Below are positions 44,768 through 57,415 of a stretch of 64,000 bases of DNA, one piece after another (within the stretch, counting starts at the first letter, position 1; the number at the start of each line of letters is the position of its first letter). The position numbers and the translations under genes were made by a program. Source of the stretch: Tricharina praecox (taxonomy: Eukaryota); assembly GCF_024521635.1 (NCBI RefSeq), contig NW_026250428.1, positions 310,001 through 374,000 of the forward strand. The letters are read 5' to 3'. Below the pieces are notes generated by a model that saw nothing but the letters and a program-made list of their open reading frames with translations, searched no databases and had not been told where the DNA came from.

Positions 44768-47700
44768 GCGTTTTTTTGTTTCCTATTGTTTCCTTTTTGG
44801 GCGAGGGCGTATGGCGCACAAATGATTTTAGTTTACTTCCCTCTATCTAGCTGGAACTATGTAATGTATATTGTGGTGTATATAGGCGTTCTTTCTGCAT
44901 AATTTAGTGACCGAATTTACTGCATCTCAGCCAGATGGACAGCAAAACCGTCGACGATGGCGTGCCGCGTTCGGAGAGGATTGCTAATGTTGCCCCCGTC
45001 GACCGGTAATCCCTCCATCGTTCCGACCACCTGCGATTGCTCAGGTATTTCGCCACCGCATGTGATACCAACACGAGATCTTCCTCGTCTCCGACGTCTC
45101 TGACGGTATGGCAGCGGGCGATATAGACCCTCTAGCACTTAGCTATCAGCTTCCCGCTCGAGTCGAGATCACTTCCCCACTCCAACGTAAAACCAACCCC
45201 ACCATCCAAGCGGGGCGCCTCCACCAAGTCCAGTGTCTCACTTCCAGCCGGCCCTAACTACCACCAGCCGGCACTCGATCCCCAGCCATAGTCCACCGCC
45301 GTTAGCATGTTGGCGTAGAAGACGAGACGGAGTGGTCGGACGTAGGCGCCGAAGCAGTATCGCGGCGCGGTGGCTGTCAGGCGGCGCTGTAGCTGTTAGA
45401 CGGTGCGTGGAAGCAGTCCGAGCTCGTCGGGCGTCAGGCGGTAGACCCGGAGGCGGAACACGGTAGTGGAAGAGTGGACACGCTGCTACAACCTGCGGAT
45501 CAGACAGCATCAGCATCAGCATCAGCATCAGTGACGTGCACAGCACTGCGCTGCAACGGTCTTCCCCGCTGGAGCCGCCGGAGTGGTGGGGCGGTGAATG
45601 CCGGTGGTGTTGGTACATAGGTAGGTAGGCGCGCCGAACGGCCTAACGGCCGTTCTTTGGAGGTATAGAACCGGTCGGAAAGGGCGGCGGAGTCAAGGCT
45701 CAATTGAGAAGGAGAGACGTTTCTGGACTCGTGTCGGGCGGTGCGGTGAGGGGATTCTAGGATTCTTCAATTCTTGGAGCCGTTATTTCCGGCCGGCCAG
45801 TTCAAGTCAGTCAAGTCAGTTGCGCCGTTGCGGGGCAGGAAGGAATAAGCGGAGATTGTATGTAGGGATGACCGGACGGGGTGGGGTGGGGAGACGGGGT
45901 GGGGAGACTGGACTGCACTGGATGAAGCGATTGATTGCTCATCTGCGTTGTTATATAGGGACCATAACCATGTAGTGGCCAAGACGATAAGATAAGCGGA
46001 TTTCCCCCGCATGCCCTGTCACTCGCGGGGTTTCGCTTTCTCGCGGATCAATAGATGAAGCTTCGAGGGATAATGCTTGCTACGGAGGCTGAGCACTGTT
46101 CAAGATGTGTGGAGAAATTCTGCTGGAAATCAGGCCCAGTATAGGAATACGGGACCGGCTCTTTCGCTAAACACAAAGCTACCTCCAACGATCGGCCAGG
46201 AAAGAGATATGACGGTACAGACAGACAGATGGCGGGCGACGGACGAACAGACAGACAAATAGACGGACGGACTGACAGACAAATAGAACGACTCAAGAGA
46301 GGACGCACCGAAACCAGATACATAGAATACATAATATTCGCAAGGCGAACACACAACCCTCTCCCTGCATGTATGTAGGTCCCTCCCCGAGCCTACACAG
46401 GTTTACACAGCTCGCATTCCCCCGGCTCGTATCTGTAGAATGTATGGGGGCTATTACTGCACGGCGGTATCCTTCCCTTCCCAATATCGGGCACCGTATA
46501 CCCGTGTCGTTCGGGAAGTTTGCAGTTGCGGTGGCAGTAGTAGTACGTGATGAGGTCGCACATCGGGCGAGACGGATGGGCTGCTTAAGATGGGACGAGG
46601 TCTGGGTAACGGGTGACGGGTGACTGCCTAGAAGCTCAGCAATCAGTTACGGAAGAAGGAGTAAGGCAGCGTACCGGTAGACGGGCGACGTTAGTGCTCA
46701 CGGAGCTGTTGCAGAGGAAGAGAGCCGGTGAATGGGTGGGTGGTGGGGGTTATGAACGACTGCGGTGGATGTGGAGTTTGTAGCGGTGAAGATGGCAGCT
46801 CGAGTTGTGGTGATCAGCTCAAGATCTACGGGCAGGAACTCGTGATTTATATCCACGGGCAACCTCTCCTTCCGGAGCTCGAGTTTCCGCCCCCACTCTC
46901 GGTACCCATGCTCGTCCAACCGTCAAGAGTCTCACATCTTACCGTCTCCGTCTTTGCCTGTCAGAAAATCCAACACCAGACCGTGCAGCGGCGGACGCCG
47001 GATCCGGAGGCTTTTAACGCTCGCTGCTGGCGGGAGGCACACAACAACATTGATTCAGCTTCTTCTCGTCCCATGTGTTGTAAACACACGCACGGAGAGA
47101 AAGACCGAGAAGCCACTCGGTGGTTCTCCCGCCATGCCATGCCATGCCCTCCGCCCACAGCACGCGGCTAGAAGAATTAAATACCTTCTTCTTGCCCCAC
47201 TAAATCGCTTCCCCGACCTGGATGCAAGACGGAATTATGCCTAAGACAACGTTGCGCGTAGATTATAGGCAGGGCGATAATATGTACACAACGGATAAAA
47301 TTCGAAGATGCACTACTCAGGTCGTGCTGTTTGTGATGCCAAACGGTTTGCATATGTTGGAGCCCCCCACATCATCTCTTTCCGCAGGTTGGCTGAGGTG
47401 GGGGGAGATCCTGCCACCGTAGGGCATAACTATCGATCCACCCACATTCACCATTCACCGTCCACCATCCACCGTCCAACGTCTATCGTCCGTGCCATTC
47501 CCAACGCCGGTCCTTCCTGTAGGTAGGTGGCTCGCCAGACTCAGGGTTCGGCCAATACCTGCGAACTCGACTTATCTGAACATTCAGCCGGGCGGCGGTG
47601 TAACCGACTGGTTTTTTGTGTCCTGGGGCCACGTCGAGGGTCCAGCCATGGCCATCGCACGGAACGATGAGGCGGGCTAGTTCTATCTTGCTTCCGGTCA

Positions 47701-50700
47701 GATTATTTTTTCCCCTCGTTGCCTACTGGCAAAGTAGGAAAAGAGATGGAATCCCACGATCCAAGACCTTCGACGACCACCCAACCCGATCAATGAAAGC
47801 CATATCCGACGATTTCCCCACGAAAGAGTTAGGGATACCTAGATATGACGTGTTTCCGGGGGCCAGCGTAACCCGGTAGAGTTGGCAGCAATAAATTTGA
47901 CAGGTCTGGCGAGCTCGACGACCCCGGTCCGATGCTGAAAATATTCCGGTACATGTCGAGTAATCTATCCATAGACTCATAGAGTGCGAGGATATGCAAG
48001 CGTACTGTGCTCTACGTTGATTAGCATCATGGGACAGGAAAACAAAGTGAGCAATTATCTACAGACATTTACTTTACCATACCCTTCGACTCTGGTATCG
48101 AATTAAGGTGGACGCCCCGGGCCCATCCAAACTGTCATCCTCTGTCCTGCGTACGTGAAGGTTCCGGAGAGAGTGCCATGTCCTCGATAGTGGTTCCCGG
48201 TGGTCGTGCTGGCTACATCATCTTTGTCGTCCTCCATCACCGCCATAATGCAAACGTCCTAGTAAGCCCGTATATCCGTCACATCATCGCTCGCGCACGG
48301 AGCTGTATCAACCGAAAGGGCTGGACTGGACCCTTCCGTAAGGCTGTTTGTACTCCGTAGCGTGAGTATAGAATCATTGGTGCCGCTTGTAGTTTTCTTT
48401 TTTCTTTTTTCTTTTCGTTTCCCATTCATCGTCCACGTAGAGGAGAATCGACCTTTGGTTGGTTTGGTTTGGTTTGGTCTCGACCATGCACATAATGGGA
48501 TTCTCAGTAGGGGTTTTTCAGCCAACAAACGCCTTTGAGCTAAGATAGTAAACAATGACGATGGCCTTCGGCAGACAGGCGACATTTGCCGTGGCCCCCT
48601 GATAATAGACCGTGCAGTGCCTAAGGCAAAGGCGGCTATCGGTATCAGATCAAAGCGGAGAGGTGGAATAGAATAGACGCACCATAGCGCGGCTCGATCC
48701 GATTTCCCCACTTATCACTCGGTCCCACCGGACGGTCAATAGCACGAAAGAGAACCGGAGGGGCCGTTATCGAAAAGGGGCAGCGGAGTGGGATCTCCGA
48801 GCATGGTGTGCTGACGTAGCCACCACGGCAAGATGCCAGGCAGAAGTCTCGAAATCGAGTGACTAGGTATCGAGCTTCATCCTGATCACGGCCCCCGGAG
48901 ATGATAGTACCAAGCGCCGAACGAGCCCAAGTTCAGGGACAGAGCTCCTGTTGCTTGAGACGCCGAGCGGTGCGTCTACGCATCTGGTGGGTCTGCGTGG
49001 CAGGCATATGGCACCCGGATGATCGTGTGACAAGCTGTAACGTCGCGCAACGAACCCCTCCATGTCGCAGGTTCTGGGATCGAGAAACCTCAGTGAAGGC
49101 TCAGGATCCTGTCGAGTGTCCATGATGTCGGGATTGTGCGAGGGCATTGCAAGTCGCGTTCCTGCAATCATCGAGAGGCGGAGATTGGTGCGGCTCGGGA
49201 AACAGGCATGCGTGGCCGTAGGCTATGATGATGATGATGATTCCTGACTCCATGGTTTCCGACCTCGCATGATATTGATGGCGCCTGAAGTAGGGGATGA
49301 TTGCGCATGTCGGTGTCTCCGCCGCCGCCGGTGACGATCGCTCGGCACTGCAACTGTCGGTTCGGCTGCCGTCAGCAATTGACAAATATCTCACCTGACG
49401 GTTCGAACGCGGCAAGCTTGCCCACTGTAAAGAGAGGTATTGGCCGGACGGAGGATGGCGGGGAGAACTGCAGATCGGAGGTGGGGGGGAGGGGGAAGTA
49501 TTTCCAGGGAGGTACATACCAATCAGTGTCTCCGGAAGCGAACCCCTTGTATAGTAGCTCAAACACGTCCTGTTGTGGCTCGTTCCCAGAACTCCTCTCG
49601 ACACCACAGAATCTGGCACTTACCATCAGATTGATATGTACTCTATTTTTTCTCCATCCGAATGTATTCATCTCACCTTGAGGCTGCGGCCAATTGCAGG
49701 AGTCGGACGTTATGTGAAAACCACGCAGTTAGATGTCTCGCCTTATCCCAGCACCCGCACCAGATTATCTCTCGGGTCGGCTCCCGTTAGCGAAGCTCTA
49801 GAAGTGTTCCGCTTCTGTTCCTTGCGCACGGACAAGCGCGGCTGGGGGCGGAGTTGCTACATCCTGCATCCCTTGGCTGGCCTTCACCGTATGTACATGC
49901 TATTGGCGTTTCGGAGGCGTTCTACTTAGCCGGTATCGAGATATCATCACCGCAGCAGCACCAAGAAGTATATTCCGCATTGACATCTCTCCTTCGCTAT
50001 TATTGCGTATTCCGGTAGTTAACCTTGGTAGGTAACCCAGCAGTTGATCCGGCTCGCGATCGTCTGTCCCTGAGATTCGAAACAGGGCACCCATGGCCGG
50101 CCTGTCGAGCCCGAACATACCTCAAACGCCTCCGCCGTGGTCTACTCCTCGGACAATACCGCAGCTCCAGGAGGCAAGGGCGGAGCAAACAGAAGGAAGC
50201 GCGAATTCTTCTTCCGAAGGACAAGGAAGCGCGATCGATGCCATCATGAAACCCTGGATCTCCGCTGCGCCGGGAGATACGGACGCTGCAAGCTGCCGGT
50301 TGAACCTGTTTTATATCCCGAAGTTCCCCTGGACAGCTCACAACACGGCCATCCTTCATCATCACATTCCTTTGACGCGAACTTGGTACCTGCTCGGCGA
50401 TTTGTGGTTGCTTCAGACGTGCACGAGCGGTAACGGTGAAATAGCTTCCTCTTTTCTTTCGTTTGTTGGTTCGGTTGGTACAGCCATTCACATTCCTTCA
50501 GACACTCTTTTCCCTTTTCTTTCAGATTTCCGGGCTCCAGTCAGCCATAATCCAACCCCCGCGAGGAATATTCCACATAATTTACTCCGAACCGGCGGAT
50601 CTTGGTGTTTCACCTCTACGGCCTCGCTACTCACGAAGACGACCCTTCCCCGAGCTTCGAAAGGAGAGTACATATAAGCGGCCCACTCGCGACGGACTCT

Positions 50701-50707
50701 GGATATC

Positions 50708-51497
50708 ATGAACACCAACCCGCCTCAGCATCTCACTCTTCCCGTGTCCCTATCCCAATCCATAGCAAGTTTCCAGACGTCGACCGTCCACCGCCAGCAC
50801 CTCCAGCCTTCAGCCATCGGCGACATGAGTTCACCCTTCAACCACCTGAACTCTGCGCAGCAGCAGCAGCAGCAGCAGCAAGACCACAGACCCATCGACA
50901 CCTACCGGTACACCGCGCACCAGGACCAGACCACGCTTGTTCTCGGCGTGATGAACTACCTGGAGCGGCTCGAGACCGAGATTGCCGAGATGAAGGATTT
51001 CATCAACCTGGGATTCAAACGGATTGAGCCCACCGGGCAAGCGGAGGGCCGAATCGCAGCCACGATCGAGGAGTACGCCTTCCCCACCTGCCCATGTCCA
51101 GTCTAGTCGGGCGATAGATCAACTAACCGTGTGTCTTGCGCGGCTGTAGCATGCGCCTCCAGCACCGCAACTGGAACAGCGCCCATGTCACCGAGCTCGA
51201 CGAGCCGTTCCGCATCCTGCCGCGCCTAACCGGCGACTATCCTACCGACATCCCGTCCACCGGCGAAGTGTTGCGCGAGGCTTCCCGTACGTGCCCCATA
51301 ATGTCCCAGTACTACCCCCCACACACAGACGGTGATACTAAACCTCTCCCACCAATCCAATAGATAAGGTGATCGACCACATCCTGGACGTGTACGACAT
51401 CCCGTTCGTGCCCACCATGTTCTTGGTCGAGAAGAAGATGCTGTACCTCCGGTTTCTGGGAGCGAACCGGGCAGTGATGCACAGGATCCTGGACTAG
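50708..51497 (+). CDS. Small protein with a coiled coil and a Mug135-like C-terminal domain
   Basis: Introns at 51073-51149 and 51287-51363 join to give ...IAATIEDMRLQHRNWNS...PFRILPRLTGDYPTDIPSTGEVLREASHKVIDHILDVYDIP...LVEKKMLYLRFLG...ILD*. This matches the R..N / LP...G..P / L..Y.IP / EKK..L.FLG pattern I associate with the Mug135 C-terminal domain. An alternative start is possible at 50825. Confidence 0.65.
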
Positions 51498-53278
51498 ACG
51501 GGGTTGTTCATACGAGGACCCAAGAGAGGGGCTCTTTTCTTCTTCTTTGCTTCGATGGTGATGGTGGTGGTGGACCCGCGAATACGCGAGGGGTGTAATT
51601 TGGAGGATGCGGATTTTTTTTAATAACTTGTGTTTTTTGTTTCTGTTCATGTTTGCTTTTTGTTCTTCTCTATACACTGCGTAATATGTTGTACCTATAC
51701 TAGTAATTAGACGTATTATCATCTGGCTGGCTGTGGTTTCATCGCCGCCGTGATCCATGGTGTAACTAGCTCTAGATCTCCTCCAGCACGGCCAGTGTAC
51801 GGTATATGGTAGTATAATATACTTAGCCCCTCCACTATGACCCAGGTCCGCAGGGCTTAGAACATGTGTAAATGTAGAGCACACGAGTAAAAGACCTGCA
51901 GCCTGGCCCGCACCAAAGACATAACTTTTATAGCCACCAAATCCTGGGGAGGTGGGCGGACAAGACCCTGCGCACTGCGACGGGTCAGGGCGCATATCAC
52001 TCGTTATTCTGTCATGGAGGGCTGGTGGTGGCGTATTCTACAGGCCGCCGCCGCTATCCCTACCTATCACCGCATCGCCGCGTGCTCTACTGAGTGCTCC
52101 GGCTGCTTGTAATTCGGTGCGGCGGTGTGGGTACGATGTTGATGCCGTGGTAATGCCGCAAGCATCTACGCCTACATATATCCCGCATCGATTTGGATAT
52201 CTCTACAAGCTTACTAGACCGTAGTCTGCCCACGGGGCGCCTGCACAAAACAAACAAAAAAACAATGCTAGGCAGATCGGAAGAATTGATTCAAGCCATA
52301 TTTCAAGATTTACATTGCGAGGCCTTAGGTGGGAGGGGGGGAGGGGGGGGGGGTGGGTATGGAAATAGATTTCAATCAATTGTAGAAAAACGGCCTATCA
52401 ACAGGAAGCTCAAGAAAATGTAGAGATCTTAACACAGAAAATGTAAAACAGAAATGTAAAACAGAAATGTATAGCAACAATGAAATAGCAATAATGAAAT
52501 AGCAAATATACAACCAAAAACATCCACCAGAAGACCTTCCTCGCAAAAATGGTAACAGACAGAACACAACGCCGCCAGCAGTGAGATGCCAGAATCATAG
52601 ACCTTCATCAGTTGCTATGATGGAATCGCCGCCAAGCAGGTGATGTAGGTGGAGAGGAGAACTTCCGAGTTCAGACGAATATACGCGCCTAGAACATCGA
52701 CGCACCCATCATCCCTTCCGTTAGTATGGGCGAACACACATAGTAAGCTGGCTACTGTAACATACCTCTCTTCCCATTCTGATAGGAAGAACGTGGCTAC
52801 CACCCAAAGTAGTACTATGGTAGACAAGACTTGTGGGTTGCAAGGCCCACCGCACAAGTGTCTTCGAGAAGCTCGTTGATCGTGGGAGGAGCGATTCCGT
52901 GTGGATGTAGTTTTAGTAAATCAAGGCGGAATCCACCAGAACCCAACAATTGTATTGTTCGTTCTGGTGGATTTCCGGGGGAGGTAGTTCCTCCGGGTTA
53001 TGCTATTCCCGCGAGGATGATGCAGCGCCGTGAATCTCGCGCTTCGAAAGCGCACACGTAAATAATGGGAACTGATTCCATCTGAGAACCCATCGATCCA
53101 GTCAGCCCACTGATCGATCGATTATCGATCTTCAAAACCCCCCGAAGGTTCTCGGTAGGTGTTGGATTGGTATAACATTAATTCCCATAGAAGTTCCTTT
53201 ACCTAGGAAGTTGGCTTTGGATGTTGACAGTAAATGTCTTCGAGGGTTGAAATGGAAATGTGGAAGTGGAGTTTTATG

Positions 53279-53392
53279 GAAAGAAGAGGATGTTGTAGAA
53301 AGAAGAGGATGTTGTAGAAAGAAGAGGATGTTGTAGAAAGAAGAGGATGTTGTAGAAAGAAGAGGGTGTTGTAGAAAGAAGAGGATGTTGTA
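53279..53392. repeat. 19-bp minisatellite (GAAAGAAGAGGATGTTGTA) x6
   Basis: Six near-perfect adjacent copies with one A>G variant in copy 5; intergenic. Confidence 0.95.
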
Positions 53393-53987
53393 GGAAGAAG
53401 AAGAGGAGGAGGAGACGGAGCTTTGTTGGAGCTTTTGTAGCTCTCGTGTGTGGGGTGCAATTTGTGCCAAGACTCCGTCAAGCTTTAAGGCTGAGGGTAA
53501 AGTCTTGGCTGTCGTGTACATCTCACGTGACTGCGGATACTCTATTGATGTTAAGCGAGCCTGCGCGACAGGCGCAAATGCGTTTCTGCAGCGAGATGCC
53601 TGTGAAGTATTTTCCGTATTCTATTTCAACTACAAATTGAGTCTTCAAAGTGAGAATAAACACATGCAGAGAGTGAAATCTAGCCACATCCGCAGCCACC
53701 GCCACCAGCCACACTTACCAAACCCGATGACCGCCGAATTTTGTTTTTCGGTCACAACCGACGGCTGACAGCTCTAGCGTACAGAGTCGGCGTCCCGTCG
53801 GTGACTCGGTTCGGCGGTGCGATGAGACGGGACGAGATGTACCAACTATAATTCATAGCCACCCGATTGGCTGTCAACCCTTCGCCGACCGACCGCACCG
53901 ATTACGTCACGGCACATCACCATTCTCGTTCGCATTTCGCGCCCTTTCCACCCCGCCCTTTCCGCACCACCGCCCTCTCCATCCACA

Positions 53988-55075
53988 ATGCCGCCCGCCC
54001 GCCTCCTCTCACGAGCGCCCTCCCTCCTCCGTTCCGCCCCACGCCGCCTCGCCTCCACCAGCACCAGAACCTCCCCTTCCCCACCAAAACTAACCACCGC
54101 CTCCGCGCGAACGCACTGCCTCTCTCTCCTGCGACACAGCGACCACTCAGCCTACATCCTCTCTACCTTCCAGCCCCCGTCCGCCCGGGACGCCTTCATC
54201 GCGCTGCGGGCCTTCAACCTGGAATTATCCTCCGTCGACAGCGTAACCTCCAATGTCGCAGTCGGGCGGTTACGCCTACAATTCTGGCGGGAGTCCATTT
54301 CCGCCGTCCTTTCCCCCATCTCCTCCGCGCGGGGTGTGGTGCCGGCGGAACCCGTCACAGCCCTCCTTTACAACTCCCTCCACACCGACGGCGCAAAGCT
54401 GAGCAAATCGTTCCTGCACCGGGTCATCGCGGCGCGGGAGGCATATCTGGGCGCGGCGCCGTTCGCGACGCTGGGTGATCTCGAGGCGTACGCGGAGAAT
54501 ACGTACGGCTCGCTGCAGTACCTCAACCTCGAGGCGTGTAAGCAAAGGAACACCGCGCTGGATCATGTTGGCAGTCATGTTGGCAAAGCGGAGGGCGTGG
54601 TCGCGGTGTTGAGGGGGGTGCCGTTGCTTGCTGCGAGCGGGGCGGGAGGGGGTGGGGCGGGGGGAAGTGGGGGTGGGGGGCAAGGGGCGGTCGTCCTGCC
54701 CCTGGACGTGTGTGCGGAGTTTGGGCTCAGGCAGGAGGATGTACTCCGCCGCGGCGGGGACGCGCCGGGGCTGAAGGACGCGGTTTTTAAAGTCGCGACG
54801 CTGGCGAATGATCATCTCATCACTGCGCGGAAGATGCTGGATGACGCGGGGGAGGCGGCGAGCGGCGCAGCGTTCGCGTCGTTTTTGCCCGCGGTATGGC
54901 ACTCACTCTTTAAGAAGGGAGGTAGGCAGGCTGACGAAGCGGATAGGTCCCGACAACACTCTACCTCGAGCGCCTGGAAAAGGCGGATTTCAACCCGTTC
55001 GCGCCGGCGCTGATGCGGCGGCAGTGGACGCTGCCGTGGCGGGCGTATCGGGCTTACACTACCAAGAAATTCTAG
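53988..55075 (+). CDS. NDUFAF6: Mitochondrial complex I assembly factor 6 (squalene/phytoene synthase-like)
   Basis: An Arg/Ser-rich presequence is followed by ARDAFIALRAFNLEL, GRLRLQFWRESI, LEAYAENTYGSLQYL, HVGKAEG and LKDAVFKVATLANDHL. Intron 54894-54946 leads to VPTTLYLERLEKADFNPF...LPWRAY...KKF*. Confidence 0.92.
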
Positions 55076-55560
55076 ACGAGACGGGACGAGACAAAAGACA
55101 CGGTGGGTGGTTTGTGCGGCGTGCCATTGCCATGTACATATGATACGATAGTGATAGTGAGTGATAGTAAACCGTGAATAATATTTGATGTCGAAGCCAA
55201 CCAAACCAGCCAGCGGAATCCATCGCTATCGCTATCCTATCGACCGAATCAAGTTCAATCCAGTTCAATCCACCCACCGCACCGCATCGATCAGACAGAC
55301 AGACGGTCAGACAAGTTTTCCTTCCTCCCATTTGTACATACAGACGAAGGACAAGATGAAAGGAACGGAGTTGGGGGGTGTGAGAGAGGGGAGGGGGAGG
55401 GGGGGGTACACCGTACAATGCCTATTACAGAACAGAAAAGGACAAAAAACTCGTATACTTTATACAATGAAACAGAACGGTATGGGATGGTGGGGAAGGG
55501 AGGCCTCAAAATTATCATCGTATCAACACGGGAGGGAGGCCGAAGATAGAAGATAGAAGA

Positions 55561-55607
55561 TAAAAAAAGTAAAAAAAGTAAAAAAAAGTAAAAAAAGTAA
55601 AAAAAAA
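55561..55607. repeat. A-rich 9-bp tandem repeat (TAAAAAAAG) x4
   Basis: Seen directly, between the convergent NDUFAF6 and PH-protein 3' ends. Confidence 0.8.
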
Positions 55608-56027
55608 TCGAAACGCCGAGTGCAAACTTATGTTAAGGAAAAGAAAAAAGAGTGATAACTAGCAGCAGTGGGAGGGGGAATATGTAGGAAATGAGAGAGA
55701 CAGAGAAGACAGAGAGACAGAGAGACAGACGGAGAAGACAGGCTACGAATACAAAGAGGGACTGATGGGTCAGGTGAAGCAAGGGTTCAAGTTCAAGTTC
55801 AAATGAAAAACGCAAATGTGTTGTGACTCTGTATGTATGACGCGTGTGTGCCTGTGTGTTTCGCTATTGCCATTGCCGTTGCCGAAATTTGGTCAAACCC
55901 CGGAGGTCCAAGCGGAGAATGAACAGTGCAGACGAAGGATCGCTCAATGAAAAAGGGAAAAGATGCATCTACCGGTGCCAGAATCGCCAGCAAGGAGAAT
56001 CGGGTGGACTTTGTGGGTGCCGAGATA

Positions 56028-57415
56028 TTAGTGTACCGCTGTTGGTGCTGGCGCTGGTGTTGGTGCTGCTGCTGCTGCTGCTGCTGCCGGCGCAGGGACG
56101 GATGGTGCCTGGGTTGGCGGTGGTGTTGGCGGCAAGGGAGCTTTGCTCTTGGCCAGCGTGCTCTTGAGAGCTCCCAGGACCTTGACGAGAACCTCCTCAT
56201 CCGGCGCCGAGAACCTGTACGCTTTCGACTCCGAGATGATCTGTAGGCAGTGTCGCCTCGATCGCGACAGAGGATCGATCTCGACCGCATCGACGACGCT
56301 GTCGAGTGGTAGGATCTTGATTGCTCGGTATTCCTGGGCAGACGTCAGTCAATATTGGCTGGGCAGTGGGCGACACGGATCAAACTGACCTCCTCGTTCT
56401 TGTAGAAACCAATGTTGATGTTGCGCACGACTATCCAGTACCTCTTCCACTGCTTCACGCCTCCTTTCGACTTCAAACAGTAAAGATAACCATGCCAGAT
56501 GACTCTCGGTAACTGCTCAGTCGACGAGTAACCCGACCCGTTCCGTGCGATTCTGGGCGGATCCACGCTCGTGGTCTTGCTATCGGTAGTCTCACCACCG
56601 GAGAGAAAGCCAGCATCGTGGTGTTGCGCGAGCGACAGCTGCGACACCCGCGCCGCATCCGACAGCGACGAAACGGATCCGACATCGGGCCCGGAGTAGT
56701 CCAGAGTCTGCGACGACACCCGCCCACCGTTACCAACTCCCGCTCCAAACACCTTTGCGCGTTTGCTTGCACTCACACTCATACCCGGGGCATGTCCCTG
56801 CAGCGGCGGACTCGCGATCCCCGCTGCCGCGATCGGCGAGCTCAGCATCATGTCCCCCGGCACCTCCTGCGCGACCGCTGCCCAGATCTTCTCGGTCCAG
56901 TCCTTGGTCTCCTCCTCCGACTCGGAGCGGAAATGGAAGTTCTTGGAATTCGTGAACACGCCGAACGCGAACGGGGGATGCTTCTGCTTGGGGTCCTTGA
57001 GGACCGTCACGGCGGTGACATCGGACAGGTAGATCTGGCGATGGATTTTGTACTCCTTCTGGTCCTTGTAGCACGAGAGACGGTCTGCTCGCAGCACGAA
57101 CCATCGACGTTTCCAGCCCTACGCAAGCAAAAGCATCAGTCCACTGCGGGGGGGGGGGGGGGGGGGAAGGGCGAGAACAGCGGCGAGGATCGGTACCTTT
57201 GTCTTTCTCGTGCGTTTGTGGAGCCAGCCGCTTTTGAGCACTCTGTCCTGAAGGAAGGCGCCGTCCTGATCCACCGGCGGTCCCGTGTTGATCTTGAGAG
57301 TTGCGAGTTGCGAGGACAAGGACTGTGGCGCGGGCGTCTGTGGCTGCGTCTGTGGCTGCGTCGTCGTCGTCGCGGTCGCCGAGACGGCAGGAGGCTCCAT
57401 CTGAGTGTTCGACAT
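56028..57415 (-). CDS. Tandem pleckstrin-homology domain protein (Opy1-like)
   Basis: PH1 is VLKSGWLHKRTRKTK|GWKRRWFVLRADRLSCYKD...FHFRSESEEETKDW (intron 57196-57119). PH2 is IWHGYLYCLKSKGGVKQWKRYWIVVR...YKNEE|EYRAIKILPL...YRFSAPDEE (intron 56389-56334). Stop TAA at 56028. Confidence 0.9.

Noticed and set aside
53132..53521. Minus-strand ORFs with repeated peptide units
   Set aside because: Artefacts of the 19-bp minisatellite cycling through reading frames.
57148..57166. Long G homopolymer
   Set aside because: It lies inside the first intron of the PH-domain gene, has no coding effect, and its length may be a sequencing artefact.
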